DNA of 63,695 nucleotides, filler included, from Parasitella parasitica NRRL 2501 (GCA_025201805.1; 6 parts of 6 records of this genome joined end to end with filler, not necessarily neighbours in it), one strand, 5' to 3'; counted from the first letter of the whole stretch, positions 48,631 to 62,161 are shown. Notes: generated from the sequence alone by a model not told the origin. Program-made: numbers and translations.

Positions 48631-51600
48631 ATGGGTAAAAAGAAGGGAGGAAAGAGAAAGGACGATTATTGGTAACAAATACTGAGCATGTATGATCCAG
48701 AAACCGAAGCTAACATTGCATAGGGATGAAGCATTTGAAGAGGATGCTACTGCCACAGGCGCCACTACTGCTCCCCCAGAAACTGACGACGACTTTGAAA
48801 AGAGAGCCTCCGCATTTAGCGTTCTTGCAACTGAAAATAGCAAAGAGGAGGAAGAGGGCGATGGGTTAGCTTGTCAATTGAAACACGCATCAGTCTTTGT
48901 TGTCTAACAAATTTATACATGCATAGTTTAATGGCAATGGTAAACCTTGCCGCCAAAAATAAGGTCAAGAGCAAAAAGGGCAAGAAGAAGGTAGCTGATT
49001 TTGACGAAGACCCATATGCTAATGACGCTCTTGAAGAGAAAACTATTCCTGCTGCTGTCGGTTTCCAGGAACCTGTTGTAAATGAGGCTGATGATCTTGA
49101 CTGGGCTAATGACAACAAGAAGGCCAAAAAGACCAAAAAGAAAGGTGGGGATACCGAATCTCCTGTCGAACCAGCTTCTCTAGTTCCTGAGCAGGATGAA
49201 TTCCGTATTATGACCAAGAAGGAAAAGGAAAGGCTCAAGAAAGAAAAGCTCAAGGAAGAAAAGCGTTTGGCTGCTCTCGAGAAGAAGAAACAGCAGGAAG
49301 CCGAGGACGCTGAATTTAACAAATTGCTTGGTTTACAAGACAAAACGAGCCAAGAAACAGCTGCTGAGGTTGCTCAACCTGGACAAAAATCAAAGAAACA
49401 ATTGCTCAAGGAAAAGAAGGCAAAAAAGTTGGCTGCCAAAGAAGCTGAAGTTGAAACTGAAGCCCCTCCTGCTGTTGAAGAGCCAGTGTCTGTTGTTGCC
49501 CCCAAGGGTAAGAAGGGCAAGGGTGGCAATGTCGCTGCTTTGAGAGTATGCTTTGTTATTCAATTGACATTAGCACGTGTGCTGATAGTGTTTTATTAGA
49601 AAATGGTTGAGGCGCAAAATGCCGCAAAAGAAGAAGAGCGTAAGCGTTTTGAGGAAGAACGTAAAAAGATTGAAGAAGAGGAAAAGCGGCTTGCTGAGGA
49701 AGAGGCCAAGCGTGAAGCAGCTCGTGCTGCCAAGAGAGAAAAGGAGAGAGTAAGCTTCCAGATATTCTGACTTGAGTACTCATCCCTAACATGGTTGCGA
49801 TATATAGCTGAAAAAGGAACAACTCCGTAAGGAAGGCAAATTGTTGACCAAGGCTCAAAAGGAAGCTCAACGTCTGGCCCAAGTGCGTCATGAGCAATTA
49901 CTTGCTTCTGGAAATGTTCGTGTTCAAGCTCTTGAAGAAGATGGTAACAAGCCCAAGAAGGTTGTTTATGGCAACAAGAAGAAGAAAGGCCCTACTAAAG
50001 AAGAGCAAGAGAAGAAAAGGCAAGAAGCTGCCGAGAAAAAGCGAAAAGAGGAGGAGGAAAGAAAGCGTAAAGAAGAGGAAGAAGCCAACAAGGCAGCTGA
50101 AGCTCAAGAATGTACGTTGATTACAAAATTTAAATATATAAAATAACTAACAATAATTTTAGCTGATGAGGATGATTGGGAAAATGCAGTTATCAGCAGT
50201 GATGAAGAGCAAGAAAAGAAGGAGGGCAGTGATCTCAACAGTGACTGGGATGCTTCCAGCGATGAGGAAGAAAAGAAGCCGGCTACTCCTGCCAAAGCAG
50301 CTCCTACAAAAAATGCTCCAGCTAAAAAGCAAGAATCAGAATCGGAAGATGATTCTGACGAGGATGACTCTGATGAGGATGATGATAGCTCAGACTATGA
50401 TTCTGAAGATGATAGCTCTGACGAAGAGCTTACAAATGCTCAGAAGCTTGCTCTTCAAAAGAAGGAAGAAGCCGCAGCTCGTCGTGAAAAACGTCAACAA
50501 GAAGCCATGGCTAACCGCTCACAAGATGATTTACGTTCTCCCATTTGTTGTATTCTTGGGCATGTCGACACTGGTAAAACTAAATTGTTAGACAAGATTC
50601 GCCAAACCAATGTTCAAGAGGGTGAAGCTGGCGGTATTACTCAACAGATTGGTGCTACATTCTTCCCCGCCGAGGCTATTGAAAAGAAGACTGCTGTCCT
50701 TGGTGCTGACCGTGTGGACAAGCTCAAGGTGCCTGGTATCTTGGTCATTGACACACCTGGCCACGAATCTTTCACCAATCTGAGAAGCAGAGGCAGCTCC
50801 CTCTGTAACATTGCCATCTTGGTCGTTGACATCATGCACGGTCTTGAACCTCAAACCTTGGAATCCATTCGTTTACTGCGTGATCGCAAGACTCCTTTCA
50901 TTGTGGCGCTCAACAAGATTGATCGTCTTTTCGATTGGAAGGCCATCCCCAACAACTCTTTCCGCGATTCTCTTGCCAAGCAAAAGAAATCCGTCCAAGC
51001 CGAATTCGAAAAGCGTGTTGCCGACACCATGCTGGCTTTTGCTGAACAAGGTCTTAATTCGCAGCTTTACTACAAGAACAAGAACTTTGCAAAATATGTT
51101 TCGCTTGTTCCTACCTCTGCTCACACGGGCGAAGGTATCCCTGATATGCTCAACCTGTTGATCAATCTGACTCAGTCTCGTATGAGCGAAAAACTCATGT
51201 ATATCACCGAGCTCGAGTGTACTGTTCTTGAAGTTAAAGTAATTGAAGGTTTGGGAACCACTATTGATGTTGTGTTGGTCAACGGCTGGCTGCATGAAGG
51301 TGATCGTATCGTTGTTTGTGGTTTGAATGGGCCTATCGTTACAACTGTCAGAGCATTACTGACACCGCAGCCCATGCGTGAATTACGTATCAAATCCCAG
51401 TATGTGCATCACAAGTCAGTCAAGGCTGCTTTGGGTATCAAGATTTCTGCTCCTGATCTCGAAAAAGCTATTGCTGGTTCTCGTCTCTTGGTTGTTGGCC
51501 CTGATGATGATGTTGATGATTTAAAGGAGGAAGTTATGTCTGATTTGACCAACTTGATGTCTTCCATCGACCGCACTGGCCATGGCGTTTGGGTGCAAGC

Positions 51601-52339
51601 TTCTACGTTGGGTGCCCTTGAAGCCCTCTTGGAGTTCTTGAGGACTAGTAAAATTCCTGTTGCTGGTATCAACATTGGCCCTGTGCACAAAAAAGACGTT
51701 GTCAAGGCTAGCGTGATGCTGGATAAGGCCCGAGAATATGCTGTCATGCTATGTTTCGATGTCAAGGTGGATAAAGAAGCAGAAGAATTGGCAGAAGAAT
51801 TGGGCATGCGTGTCTTTACCGCTGATATTATCTACCATTTGTTTGATCGCTTTCAAGAATACCATGCTGCAATGACAGAGCAGAAACGTAAAGATCAAGC
51901 TGGCGATGCTGTGTTCCCTTGCGTTTTGAAAATGGTCCCTCGTGCGATCATTATGAAGAAGGATCCCATTATCATTGGAGTGGATGTTGTAGAAGGCACT
52001 CTTCGTCTCGGCACACCCCTTTGTGTCATCAAGACTAATCCCGAAACACAAGCTCGTGAAGTTGTCACACTTGGTAAGGTTACATCTATTGAGCAAAACC
52101 ACAAAACCATGGAGATGGTTAAAAAGGGCGGTGCTGGTGCTGGTGTTGCCATCAAGATTGAATGTGCAGTCTATGAAACACCCAAGACTTATGGCCGTCA
52201 TTTTGATGAAAAAGACGAGCTATATGCTAAGGTTACCCGTCAATCTATAGATATTTTGAAGGAATCCTTCCGTAATGACCTATCAAAGGAAGAATGGGGT
52301 CTTGTAGTTAAGCTTAAAAAGGTTTTAGGTGTTGATTAG
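48631..52339 (+). CDS. FUN12: Eukaryotic translation initiation factor 5B (multi-exon)
   Basis: [54 protein letters not shown]; K/E-rich N-terminus. Confidence 0.98.
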
Positions 52340-52719
52340 TTGATAAATAAATTGATATTTATTAGAATATATCATTGTAAAGTAGCTGGTTTCAAGAGAG
52401 TTGCAAAAATCTATGAATCCGTGAAAATCAAGTATTTTATTCGGTTAATGTCTAATGCTAGTGCTGGTTTCTCTATAAAAATTTCATTGAAGAATAGAAA
52501 GGCTTTTGCTCATCATGTGTACCAAGTGAAGATTGAAAAAGCATCTCCTTGACCATCAGCGGTAGAAAAAGCGGTTGCAACAAGATATGCTGCACATCGA
52601 TTGCTCTATTATTGGAGCGAAGCTAGTGGAGATTTTCCTGTACCTACAGACCCAAACTTATATGCAAAATTACACCAATTTTTGCGATGAAGCCCTTTAC
52701 AATGGAGAATGTGCAGCAA

Positions 52720-53115
52720 ACAATGAAAAATAAAGTTCCTCAGCAAAGCTTACTTCAAGTTTGTTTCACTCCTTGATTAGTGCTTCTTCTAATTCCTTTG
52801 TTTTCGATATTCTATGTCTTATCCAATGTTATGTCAACCAGCCAACTTATCTTTTGTTGGCGTCAATGGTTCCTTTCTTATCTTTCATCTGAAGATCCTT
52901 TTGTCCATTTCGTCAAGCTTGGCAGGTTCACCAGGTATTTGTGCTGGAAATGTCGAGCCTTTGTGCTTGTATCTATATATCAGGTCCTGGCCTTCACAGC
53001 ACCTTCCTTGATGCCAGTTGACTTGGAGATAGCTGAACTTGGAACGCCGTTATTATGCAACCCAATTGTTCATCTAATATCATGGTGATATTGAATCGTG
53101 CTCTTGTAAAGCCAT
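52720..53115 (-). pseudogene. Internally deleted Tc1/mariner transposase relic
   Basis: HTH-like IGLHNNGVPSSAISKSTGI, IYRYKHKGSTFPAQIPGEPAKLDEMDKR (GRPR-like region), then C-terminal-like ELEEALIKE*NKL; stops and frameshifts. Confidence 0.65.
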
Positions 53116-53427
53116 TGTAAAAGCTTTATAAACTAATTTTAGTATTGTACTGAGATGTGTAGATGTGAAAGTAGATAGGATACGTTTATTTTCTACATGA
53201 ACGTGGTTGTTGATTTATTGTAAATGAGCCCTAGTACCAGTATAAGACCTGAATGAGACGTCTCTTAAAAATATGCAGATTACCTTTCGTTAGATGCATG
53301 AATTAAAATACATTTAAAGCATGTTCTTTGTTTAGAAATATACGAAGACATTTTATCTCATATAAATACACTTGTGCCTGTTTTATTTTCTCATATACTT
53401 TCATTACTAGATCATCATTCAATTCAT

Positions 53428-55103
53428 ATGCTTGCCAAAATAAATTTAAGAGATTATCAAGAAGAATGTATTAATATTACGTTGAAAAATATCAGAAATG
53501 GCAATTATAAACAGCTTATTTGTCTTCCTACAGGTATAATATAAAATTACCTATAATAGAGTACTAAAATACGTCAGACTATTAATCCTGCGACTAGGAA
53601 GCGGTAAAACTGTAAGCTTTGATATTCGCTTGACCTGAGCCTGTATTAATCATATTCGTAGGTTATTATGTCGAAGTTAATTTCCTTGATACCATCTCCT
53701 AATCCCCAAGCAACCAAAATTTTGGTACTCGAGAATAGAATTGAGCTGCTGCATCAAATAAAAGCCCAAATATCAACTTTCAATCCAGAATTGGTTGGTA
53801 TTTATGTAATGTATCTGAATATTATTATTTATATTAAAGTAGCATTTAGAACATTCAGATCGAACAGGGTCAAAATTATACCAATCCGCTGACTACAGAT
53901 GTAGTTGTAGCTACCGTCCAAACTTTGATAGCCAAGAATACAAAGCATAAATCAAGACACCGTATGGAAAGATTTGATCCGAAAGATTTCAAGGCTGTCA
54001 TCGTTGACGAAGCCCATCATGCTGTTTCTATTAGTTACTTCAAGGCCTTGGATTACTTTGGAGTCATGCGTAATGATTCAAAAACACTTTTGTGGGGATG
54101 TACAGCCACTCCAATCAGACATGACAAAAACTCACTCTCTACAATCTTTGGCCCAGTTTCATTCAAGCTAGATTTTATGGAGATGATCAATCAAGGCTAT
54201 CTTAGTAATTTGAGATTCACTATTGTGAATTCACTGGAAAATTTGAATCCAAAGACATACTACAGACTTATAGTCGATAGTTGGAAGCAGCTTGCTCTTG
54301 GGGATAACAGAAAGTTCACACTTGTCTTTGCCAGGAACATCAAGGAAATTCAAGATTTATGCAATGCTTTTCGTAATGAGGGAATTGAAGCTAACTTTAT
54401 CACAGCGGCAACGGCAACAAAAGCACGAGAAACAATAATCAAAGATTTTAAATGCGGAAGGCTACAAGTACTAGTCAACTGTGGTGCGTCTCCATTGTTA
54501 AATGATGATGAAATAATTTATTAAGCATACATCTAGAAATATTGATAGAGGGTATTGATATACCTCAAGTAGACTGTATCTTGTTGACAAGACGTACCAA
54601 ATCAGTATCTTTGCTTAAGCAAATAATAGGAAGAGGGTCTCGTTTGTATAAAGGCAAACAAGATTGCCTCGTTATTGACTATGAGAGGAATTTTGAGCGA
54701 TTATTTGAAGATCGAGAAGAGGCGAAAATCGTTGATAGTGGTGTCCGAGAAAGGATCTTTAGTTACTGGCCAGTTCGGTTATTTGCTGAAAGAGCAGACA
54801 AAATCAGTAAAGAAGGTTATGGTTTGTGGCGTTTCCTTCGTTGTGGTAAGCAGTAAACGTATTAACAACAATCATGGGTTTTTTTTGCAGATGTCAATGA
54901 TATCATTTTTGAACATTATCAAAGCTTGAGAGAGCTCATTGATATGAAAAAACTACAGGAAGAAGCAGAAGAAGCAGAAGAAGCAGAAGAAGCTACCAAG
55001 ATCGTTGACAGCCATGAAAATATTTATTTTCTCGTCGAAAATATTCAAAAGTACGCTAGTAATGGAATACACAAATTTGTACTGACATGACAGTTTAATG
55101 TAA
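53428..55103 (+). CDS. Irc3-like SF2 (ResIII-type DEAH) helicase, divergent; 3' end uncertain
   Basis: [17 protein letters not shown] (spliced), [45 protein letters not shown]. Confidence 0.82.
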
Positions 55104-55307
55104 CAGGATTTTGCGAAGTCTTAGTATTCTGTAGTAGAAACTATTATATTCAAGAAATAATACAACGATTTTAAATGATGACACCAAAATTTCATAATAT
55201 GTCAATTTAGTTAACGGCAAAAATTTGTTGTACCCTCGGAATTTAATGTTACCCATTATTTCAATAAACATTGCTATGGTAATCTTTCCTACTCCAAAAT
55301 AAAGCCT

Positions 55308-55335
55308 CAAAATCACGTGATATGCAACACGTGAT
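55308..55335 (-). promoter_or_regulatory. Orphan tandem E-boxes of the tRNA-upstream type
   Basis: CACGTG at 55314 and 55328; minus strand ATATCACGTGATTTTG equals 16 nt of the tRNA-Asp upstream motif. Confidence 0.4.
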
Positions 55336-55369
55336 TTGTTTATTTCAAACTCCGACAGCCAAAAACGTG

Positions 55370-55734
55370 AAACTGTTTTTGCAGATAACTGTTGATAGAG
55401 AAATCGCCCAGTGAAAATCAAGTTATGCTCAGATAGCGATGATCATGCCTGATTTTATGGCATATAAGACAGTGTTTATTTTGCTGTTTACCGAAGTCTA
55501 TGATCGATTATATGCAATTCTGATATGTAAATTTGTGATATCATCTGATAACTTTATAAATATCAATGAAAAGATGAATTTCAATGTTGTTTCCAGATAG
55601 CGCCAAGTCAATGCTCAGTTTTCCAAGTTAGATCTCGGTTCTCTTGTCATTTTAGCAGAAGTTATGAGCAAATATGTGATATTCATGATAAATATTGAAA
55701 AACAAAACTGTTTTTGCAGATAACTGTTGATAGA
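55370..55734. repeat. 30-bp direct repeat pair (55370-55399 and 55705-55734)
   Basis: AAACTGTTTTTGCAGATAACTGTTGATAGA occurs twice. Confidence 0.85.
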
Positions 55735-55739
55735 TTTTG

Positions 55740-57792
55740 TTTATAAGGAGACTAGGTCTCGTATTTTATTGAGTGAACAGTTAATTGAAAGGTCACAAAT
55801 GTGTTTTTGGGGTTTTCTGTTTTGCTAGATGAGGGGGAGGAGGATCGAGTTTTTTAGGTCGTTTGCATTATTTGATGTTTTTGGGCTTTTGCATTATATA
55901 ATTTTTTTTTTCTGGATGTTTTACGTTTTGAAGATTGTTGGTGGACTAGAAGGTAAAAGAAAAAGCAGAGCTAATTCACAGAAAAGAACGGCGGAGGACA
56001 ATGAGGAATTCCAGCTGCAATGAAAGTCTCTTGTTGATACTTGAGGATCTTTGTTTCCACAAGCGAAAGTACAGAGTCCAAGGTAAAAGGGGTGTCAGAA
56101 AAGACAAAAGACCAATGAGAAATCCAAATAGACTCCAGTGTGGCCGCGATTACGAGGAGCGCTGATGAAGGAAAATCAGTTGAAAAGCGAACAGTAGTGA
56201 GGAGTAGATGGAGATCAAAAGAGGTCCAAGGATTGGAAAGGAATGGGAGGTGACGATATTGAATCGTTTGCCATACTGATAGTTTGACGGGACACGAGAA
56301 AAGGAAATGATCCAGAGTGTCGTCAGGGTGAGAGCAGAGGACGCAAGCAGAAGTCGGGAAGAAAGCAGGAACAAAACGATGAAGAAGCGATTTGTGAGGA
56401 ATTTTCTGGTGCAGAAAGCGATACCAAATATTGCGATAGGAATGAGATATCGGCAGTAGCCAGAAATCAAACCAATTCACTGGAATATGAGGGCTGAAAG
56501 GGAGCGGGAGAAGCGGTTTTTCAGTTATCGACGGACTGCACAGCCTACGGTAAGACTTTGTGGATAACTCACGACGACGCAGCCCAGTATCTGTGGTAGA
56601 ACAGAGATTGAGAGACTCGACGAAAGGAGTGATATTGACAACAGTGTGATCCTCTACCTGTGGAAAGGGGAAGCGACCCAGAGACGAAAAGCGAGAGTGG
56701 ATGAAAGCACGAATACAGAAGGGAGCGAGCTTGATTTCGTCCCGCCTAACTAATTTCAAAAACTTCTTTGCAAGGTTGGGATGATAAGAGAATTCCGCTG
56801 CTTGTTTCGGACGAAGGCAGGAATCTGTATCAGAGCCCAGGGTGTAGGCAACCGAGCTAGGTAACTGAGCGAGTGAACGACCAAGTTCAAAAGAGGAAGA
56901 AGATGGAAGTATTACAGATGCCAGAGGGATCTCCAGACAGGTGGAAGCGCTAACGATGATGTTGGTAAAGTCCTTGGGTAGTCGGTCAATGGCTTTGAAA
57001 AGCAGAGACCAAGAACTTTCATTGTGACGAAGCGAGTTCGGGCGACGACAAGGGAACAGCAAGGAGAAACGATGATCTAATTGCTGAGGAGGAGATCGGT
57101 ATAAGTTGGAGGAGGGAGGCTGATGAGCCAGCAGGAATCCGACAAGACGAGGTAAAACGATCGACGGACAGGACAAGATTTGAGCAGTGGACTGGCCGAG
57201 AAGCGGGCGAAGCCAACGCAACTGTAAGGCACTTTGCTGTAGTTGAGGGCTAATTAAACCTAGACCGCCTTGTGACCGAGATATACACGCAGTATTGACA
57301 CTGATCCGTGGAAAGATGCGGAAGTTGATGAAAGCTGATATAACAGAGTTAATTGAATTGAAGAAAGAAAGAGGCACTGTAACAACGCGCAGAACATGCC
57401 AAAGTTTGCTCAATATGAGGGAGTTCAGGACGGTCGACCTGCCTCGCACAGACAATCCACGCTGTTGATGGATGAGACAACCTTGACGCACCTGTTCGAG
57501 GAGCTGCTCTAGAAATACGTTCCGTTGTGCAATGGAAGTATAAAGAGGAAAGCCCAAATAACGAATAGGGGAAGGTGAGCGAGCATCATGCCAACTAGTA
57601 ATGTTATGATCGAGTAGAGCGGAGCGCCATGTGGATCCATATATCAAAGAAGAGCCGGAAAGAGAAATAGCTTCGGTCTTATGATAGTTGACCAGAGCAT
57701 TGGAAGCTGCAGAATAGACTCGTAGATGAAGTTGTAACTGTGCGAGATCGGAAGGAGAGTTCAGCAAACAAACAATATCATCTGCATAAGCC
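55740..57792 (-). mobile_element. L1/Tx1-like non-LTR retrotransposon, 3' half (RT C-terminus + zf-RVT, ORF ends at 55971)
   Basis: AYADD at the contig edge, RYLGFP, LSVRGR, LILSKLWH, GGLGL, CVLC...DHFLFSC; 3' UTR end approximate. Confidence 0.93.
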
Positions 57793-57892
57793 NNNNNNNN
57801 NNNNNNNNNNNNNNNNNNNNNNNNNNNNNNNNNNNNTTAATTAATTAANNNNNNNNNNNNNNNNNNNNNNNNNNNNNNNNNNNNNNNNNNNN

Positions 57893-60558
57893 AAGCAGTA
57901 TTACGGTGCTGGAAGCTGGTTTTGACCTGATCTGACACATTTAGGGGTAGTCTCAGGTACGCGGTCGTAACGTCAATACAAGAATAGATTGCAGCACCTG
58001 TTGCTTGTTTGAAAATCTCGGAAGGCAAGTTTATGCTATAATTGTCAAGACTCGAGGGCAGTAGAATGCTGTTGAGTTCTCGGACGTCCAAGCATGTCCG
58101 CCAGGACATAGTACCGTCACCCTTCCTTTTTGGGGGCAAATGTTACAGGATTATTCCAAGGGCTAGGAGGGGCTTTTTTAATGATGCCCTTTTTCAACCA
58201 ATCTTTCACTGTTTCGTCAAATACGGGCATTAACTTCTCAGCAATTTTGTATTGGCGGCGATTTCTGGTTTCGTTTGGTATCGTATCAAGCATTATTAGA
58301 GCCAGAGGATGAGGACATAGTTCTTTAACATCAATAGCTTGATATCGGTTAATGGCAGGTTCAATGGCTTTCATCAGACGTGCATGCTCACTCTCCGTTC
58401 CAGCGTTCGATATATTAGGTACGTATTTTTCATCGACAACGGCATCATCATACAGGATTTCATTATCATCCCAATTAAAGGCGACCCCTGCTAATGTAAT
58501 GCCCAGTTGTTTTGAGAAGATATCACACCCGAAGAGCGAGTGTTTATCATTTCCTAATTCCTTCATGATGAAGAAAGAATGATGCACATCACGACCATTA
58601 TATTTGATATGGATGTCGTCCGTTTTACCTAATAACGGTATATTCTCATTATTTGCCAGTGTTATGTTTACATCGGGGCAAGGGTGGACGGTAATATCGT
58701 ATTTATTACACAAGTGAGAAGATAGGATGGAGATATCAGAGCCTGAATCGATCAGAGCTAGTTGCCTATGTATGCCCAACAATAAGAAAGGAGATAATGG
58801 AGAATATGGATTTTGATTTAGTACATCATTTGTATCGACCATTTGTCTTCTCTACGCACCATGTTGACACCCGCTGTTTTGGCTAAAGTGTATGGATTGT
58901 TATGGTGGGGATTAGTCAAGTGTTCGGTAAAAGACTTGCGTCTCACTGCAAACTTACCCGTGCGATTCATGTTGACAGGCTGGTCTATGCCCTTTGCAGC
59001 GTTTTGTCGTGCATTTTGAAAAGCAATGCGTTCTGGACTGAAATGACCCGGGTAGAACTTGACTTTTTCACAGTCAGTACACAGTGATACGGTCTGAGGT
59101 GGGGCAGCAGTGTTATGTCCCTTGCGATCTATTCGCTTGAAGGGGGGCGTCTTTGCCTCATCATTAGAAGCGGCTGGTNNNNNNNNNNGAGCTGCCCGCA
59201 TCGTGGGTAGCTTTGCTTTCAAATATGTTTTCACATACTCCTTTAATGCAGCGAAACACATGATTGCCATAAAGACAGAATCAGGTACTTGGGCTTTTGC
59301 CATCAGGATGATAAAGCGTTGAAGGAATTCCATCAATGGTTCGTCAAATCTTTGGCGCAAGCTAATCAACTCTGAAATATAGTCGAATCTAGTGTTTGTC
59401 TCCATATATTTTTTGAGCAGTTTTGCTTTCATGTCATTCCAGGATCTGTAGGCCCTGCGATTTTGTTTGATTTCATATTGAAACCAGTGTCTTGGCGACG
59501 TATCCATCGACGAAGCAAACGATTGACGCAATGCGACCTCCCAATGACGATTGATGTCAGAATCATGGTATGCGAAAAGAGATTCGAACTTTTCAATAAA
59601 TTCTTCTACGTTGAGAAAGGTAGCGACATTCTTTTTTGTATCCGTGAGCCTCATCTGATATGCTTGCGTTTGATAATTGCAAGACTCAATGTTAAAGCTG
59701 GGAATTTTTTCCATAGGAACATCAAATCGTCTACTTTGGTTTGATCCTGTGGATACAGCGACGTTGCGTTGAACAGGTTTATCCTTATGAGCTAAATCAG
59801 CACGGACTCCTTGTAATATGCCATCCATCACCTTGATCTTTTCGTTTAGCTGTGAAACTTCTTGGAAAGAGTCAGGGTCATCAGATTCGATGCGATCCAC
59901 TACTTGATCACGCATGGCTTGAATCATAAGCTCATACTTAATCTCTTTAGCTCTCAAGCTTTCAAGTGTGATGTGAGCATACTTCGAATTCATACTATGC
60001 GGGGAGGATATGCTAAATGATGAAGAAGCCTCTACCCGTGGCCTCTCTGTCCTCGTGTAGTTCATTTTGAACGAATTCGATGTTCCGTTATCGTTAAGAT
60101 TTAAAACTCGTTCAAATTAGTTTTAAGATCGCCAACCACCGTTGGATTTCTATATTGTTGTGTACCATTGTACTCATCCGTACGACCATCAGTCTCCTGA
60201 AGGTTTTTCTCAACCTCCATGTCCTCCAAATCATCCTCAAATTCAGAGAGAAGATTATCACGATTAGGGGCAGTATCAAAGTCCTTTTCATACGATTGCG
60301 AGGAACTGTATTCATCGTGGGTTTGATTACGTGCCTTTTCGGTCACTTGGGAATCAGTGTAATTTTCCTTTTTTTCAGCCATATGACTTTCAAAAAGTAA
60401 ACGTGGGTATTTTTTAATGTAAAGAACGAATCGTTCAAGAACGTTGATATAAAAAAATGAGAGTTATATGAATAACGATTATTTCCAAAGACAATTAAAT
60501 AAAGAGACTACAAGCGATTATATCACGGAGAACGTAGGGTCTTTATTAAAGATTGAAA
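57893..60558 (-). mobile_element. Ty3/Gypsy LTR retrotransposon, 5' part (LTR end, gag, protease, partial RT), frameshifted
   Basis: gag with CTDC...PGH knuckle remnant, LIDSGS protease, SPWNNPV, WRTCLDVRELN, IYSCIDVTTAY; LTR edge at 60458. Confidence 0.92.
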
Positions 60559-60904
60559 NNNNNNNNNNNNNNNNNNNNNNNNNNNNNNNNNNNNNNNNNN
60601 NNTTAATTAATTAANNNNNNNNNNNNNNNNNNNNNNNNNNNNNNNNNNNNNNNNNNNNTGGAATAAATCTATCTAAATCAATCTATAAAATACAATCAGG
60701 TCATGTTTGACATTTAATTGTCAAACAAGATTATAACACAGTAGTATATTTAATCAGCTAATCGTTATGAATGTGAATCATTCATCGATAAGTTGAGCTT
60801 CGCAATTTAGAATAAGTAGAACCCAAATAGATGGTTTCTTATACAAGACATTTTATTGAATACTTCTATTTACTAGATAATAGAATAATCGATGCCATTT
60901 AACC

Positions 60905-61400
60905 TTAGATCCGATTAGGAACGGTTGCCATGACAACTGAGTTGAAATAGTGGTAACCATGGTATTCTATGGATACAACAGAGACCATCTTGTCTGGATG
61001 GGACAAAAACTGACATAACGCATGAAAAGCATTTATAGGATGATTATTGAGAGGTGTGATGTTCAAATCGGAAAGAAACACCAGACATTTTTCTGCCCAA
61101 AACTCAGATTTGATCTTCACCAAATGTGAATTTAATTCATTTTCGTTTGAGCCAAGGCACTCTTTGTTAGCAACAATCAACACAATTGGCAAAGAATTGA
61201 ATTTTTCGTAAATAAATGTACAGTATTGTACAATTTTCAGCATTAGCACTTGATTAATTTCACTTTGAATAGTAACAAGTATCGGGTTGAAACTTTCATC
61301 ACTTTCATTCTGAGAGGATGTATACTTTAAAAATCCCTTCAGTCTCTGGCCATCCAGCCTGATGCACTACAAAGCTGTTTTTTGGGATGTGTGTACCTGT
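60905..61400 (-). pseudogene. Fragment of an uncharacterised, possibly repeat-associated, coding sequence
   Basis: Coding-like ORF (LPIVLIV...SEFWAEKCLVF...FHALCQFL) in a TE-rich tail with no clear start. Confidence 0.3.
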
Positions 61401-61711
61401 AAATAAAGTTATGAGTTATATAAAAGCAGTATGTTTCATAAGAAAGCAGTGATGTATCATACCAACCAAAACTTGAACGATCAGATTTATTATTTCTTGA
61501 TTATTCAGTAGAAGCTGAGCTATTAGATTTGTATTTGACTTCCATTTGAGTGGCAGATTGGGGATATCCAGATTCTCGTCTACTTCTAAATTATTTTTAC
61601 AGTTTTTTCCCCCAAAATGCAGTTATAAGCTTACCTTGAGCTTCAATCAACATTGTGTACAGAAAGAGATGGGTTTCTTTGCAACACCAATAAATGTGCG
61701 AAAAAGATTAA

Positions 61712-61854
61712 TGATGACGACACCGACACCGACACTGACATCGACACCGACAACGACAACGACACCGACACCGACACCGACAACGACATCGAAACCGACA
61801 TCGACAACGACAACGACAACGACATCGACACCGACACCGACACCGACACCGACA
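61712..61854. repeat. Hexanucleotide repeat (GACACC/GACAAC/GACATC)n running into a gap
   Basis: Direct reading. Confidence 0.9.
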
Positions 61855-62161
61855 NNNNNNNNNNNNNNNNNNNNNNNNNNNNNNNNNNNNNNNNNNNNTT
61901 AATTAATTAANNNNNNNNNNNNNNNNNNNNNNNNNNNNNNNNNNNNNNNNNNNNAAAATTGAGAAAATCTTTAAAGCGTCGGGAGACTGATCCACTTCCT
62001 CACCATGCATGGTGCCACTATGTTGTTAGCTTGGCTAGGTGAAGATATTAACGGCAAGGCGTTGCAACTCACTGGCAGCATCTGAGGAATCGGTATAAGT
62101 TGTTATATGGATTCACGGTGCAAAATACATTCACTATGAAGATCTGCATTCTACTTCTAGA

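Noticed and set aside
50588-52201. Antisense ORFs over eIF5B and other genes
   Set aside because: Shadow frames of codon-biased real genes
41767-55103. HMG gene plus helicase as a Mucorales sex locus
   Set aside because: The HMG protein has two boxes and introns, no triose-phosphate transporter is adjacent, and the helicase is Irc3-like and 10 kb away
58117-60110. Programmed frameshifts in the Gypsy element
   Set aside because: At least two shifts fall in homopolymer runs, one inside RT; decay or sequencing error is more likely
61546-61910. Thr/Pro or Asp/Thr repeat proteins
   Set aside because: Translations of a simple hexamer repeat that runs into a gap; no gene structure
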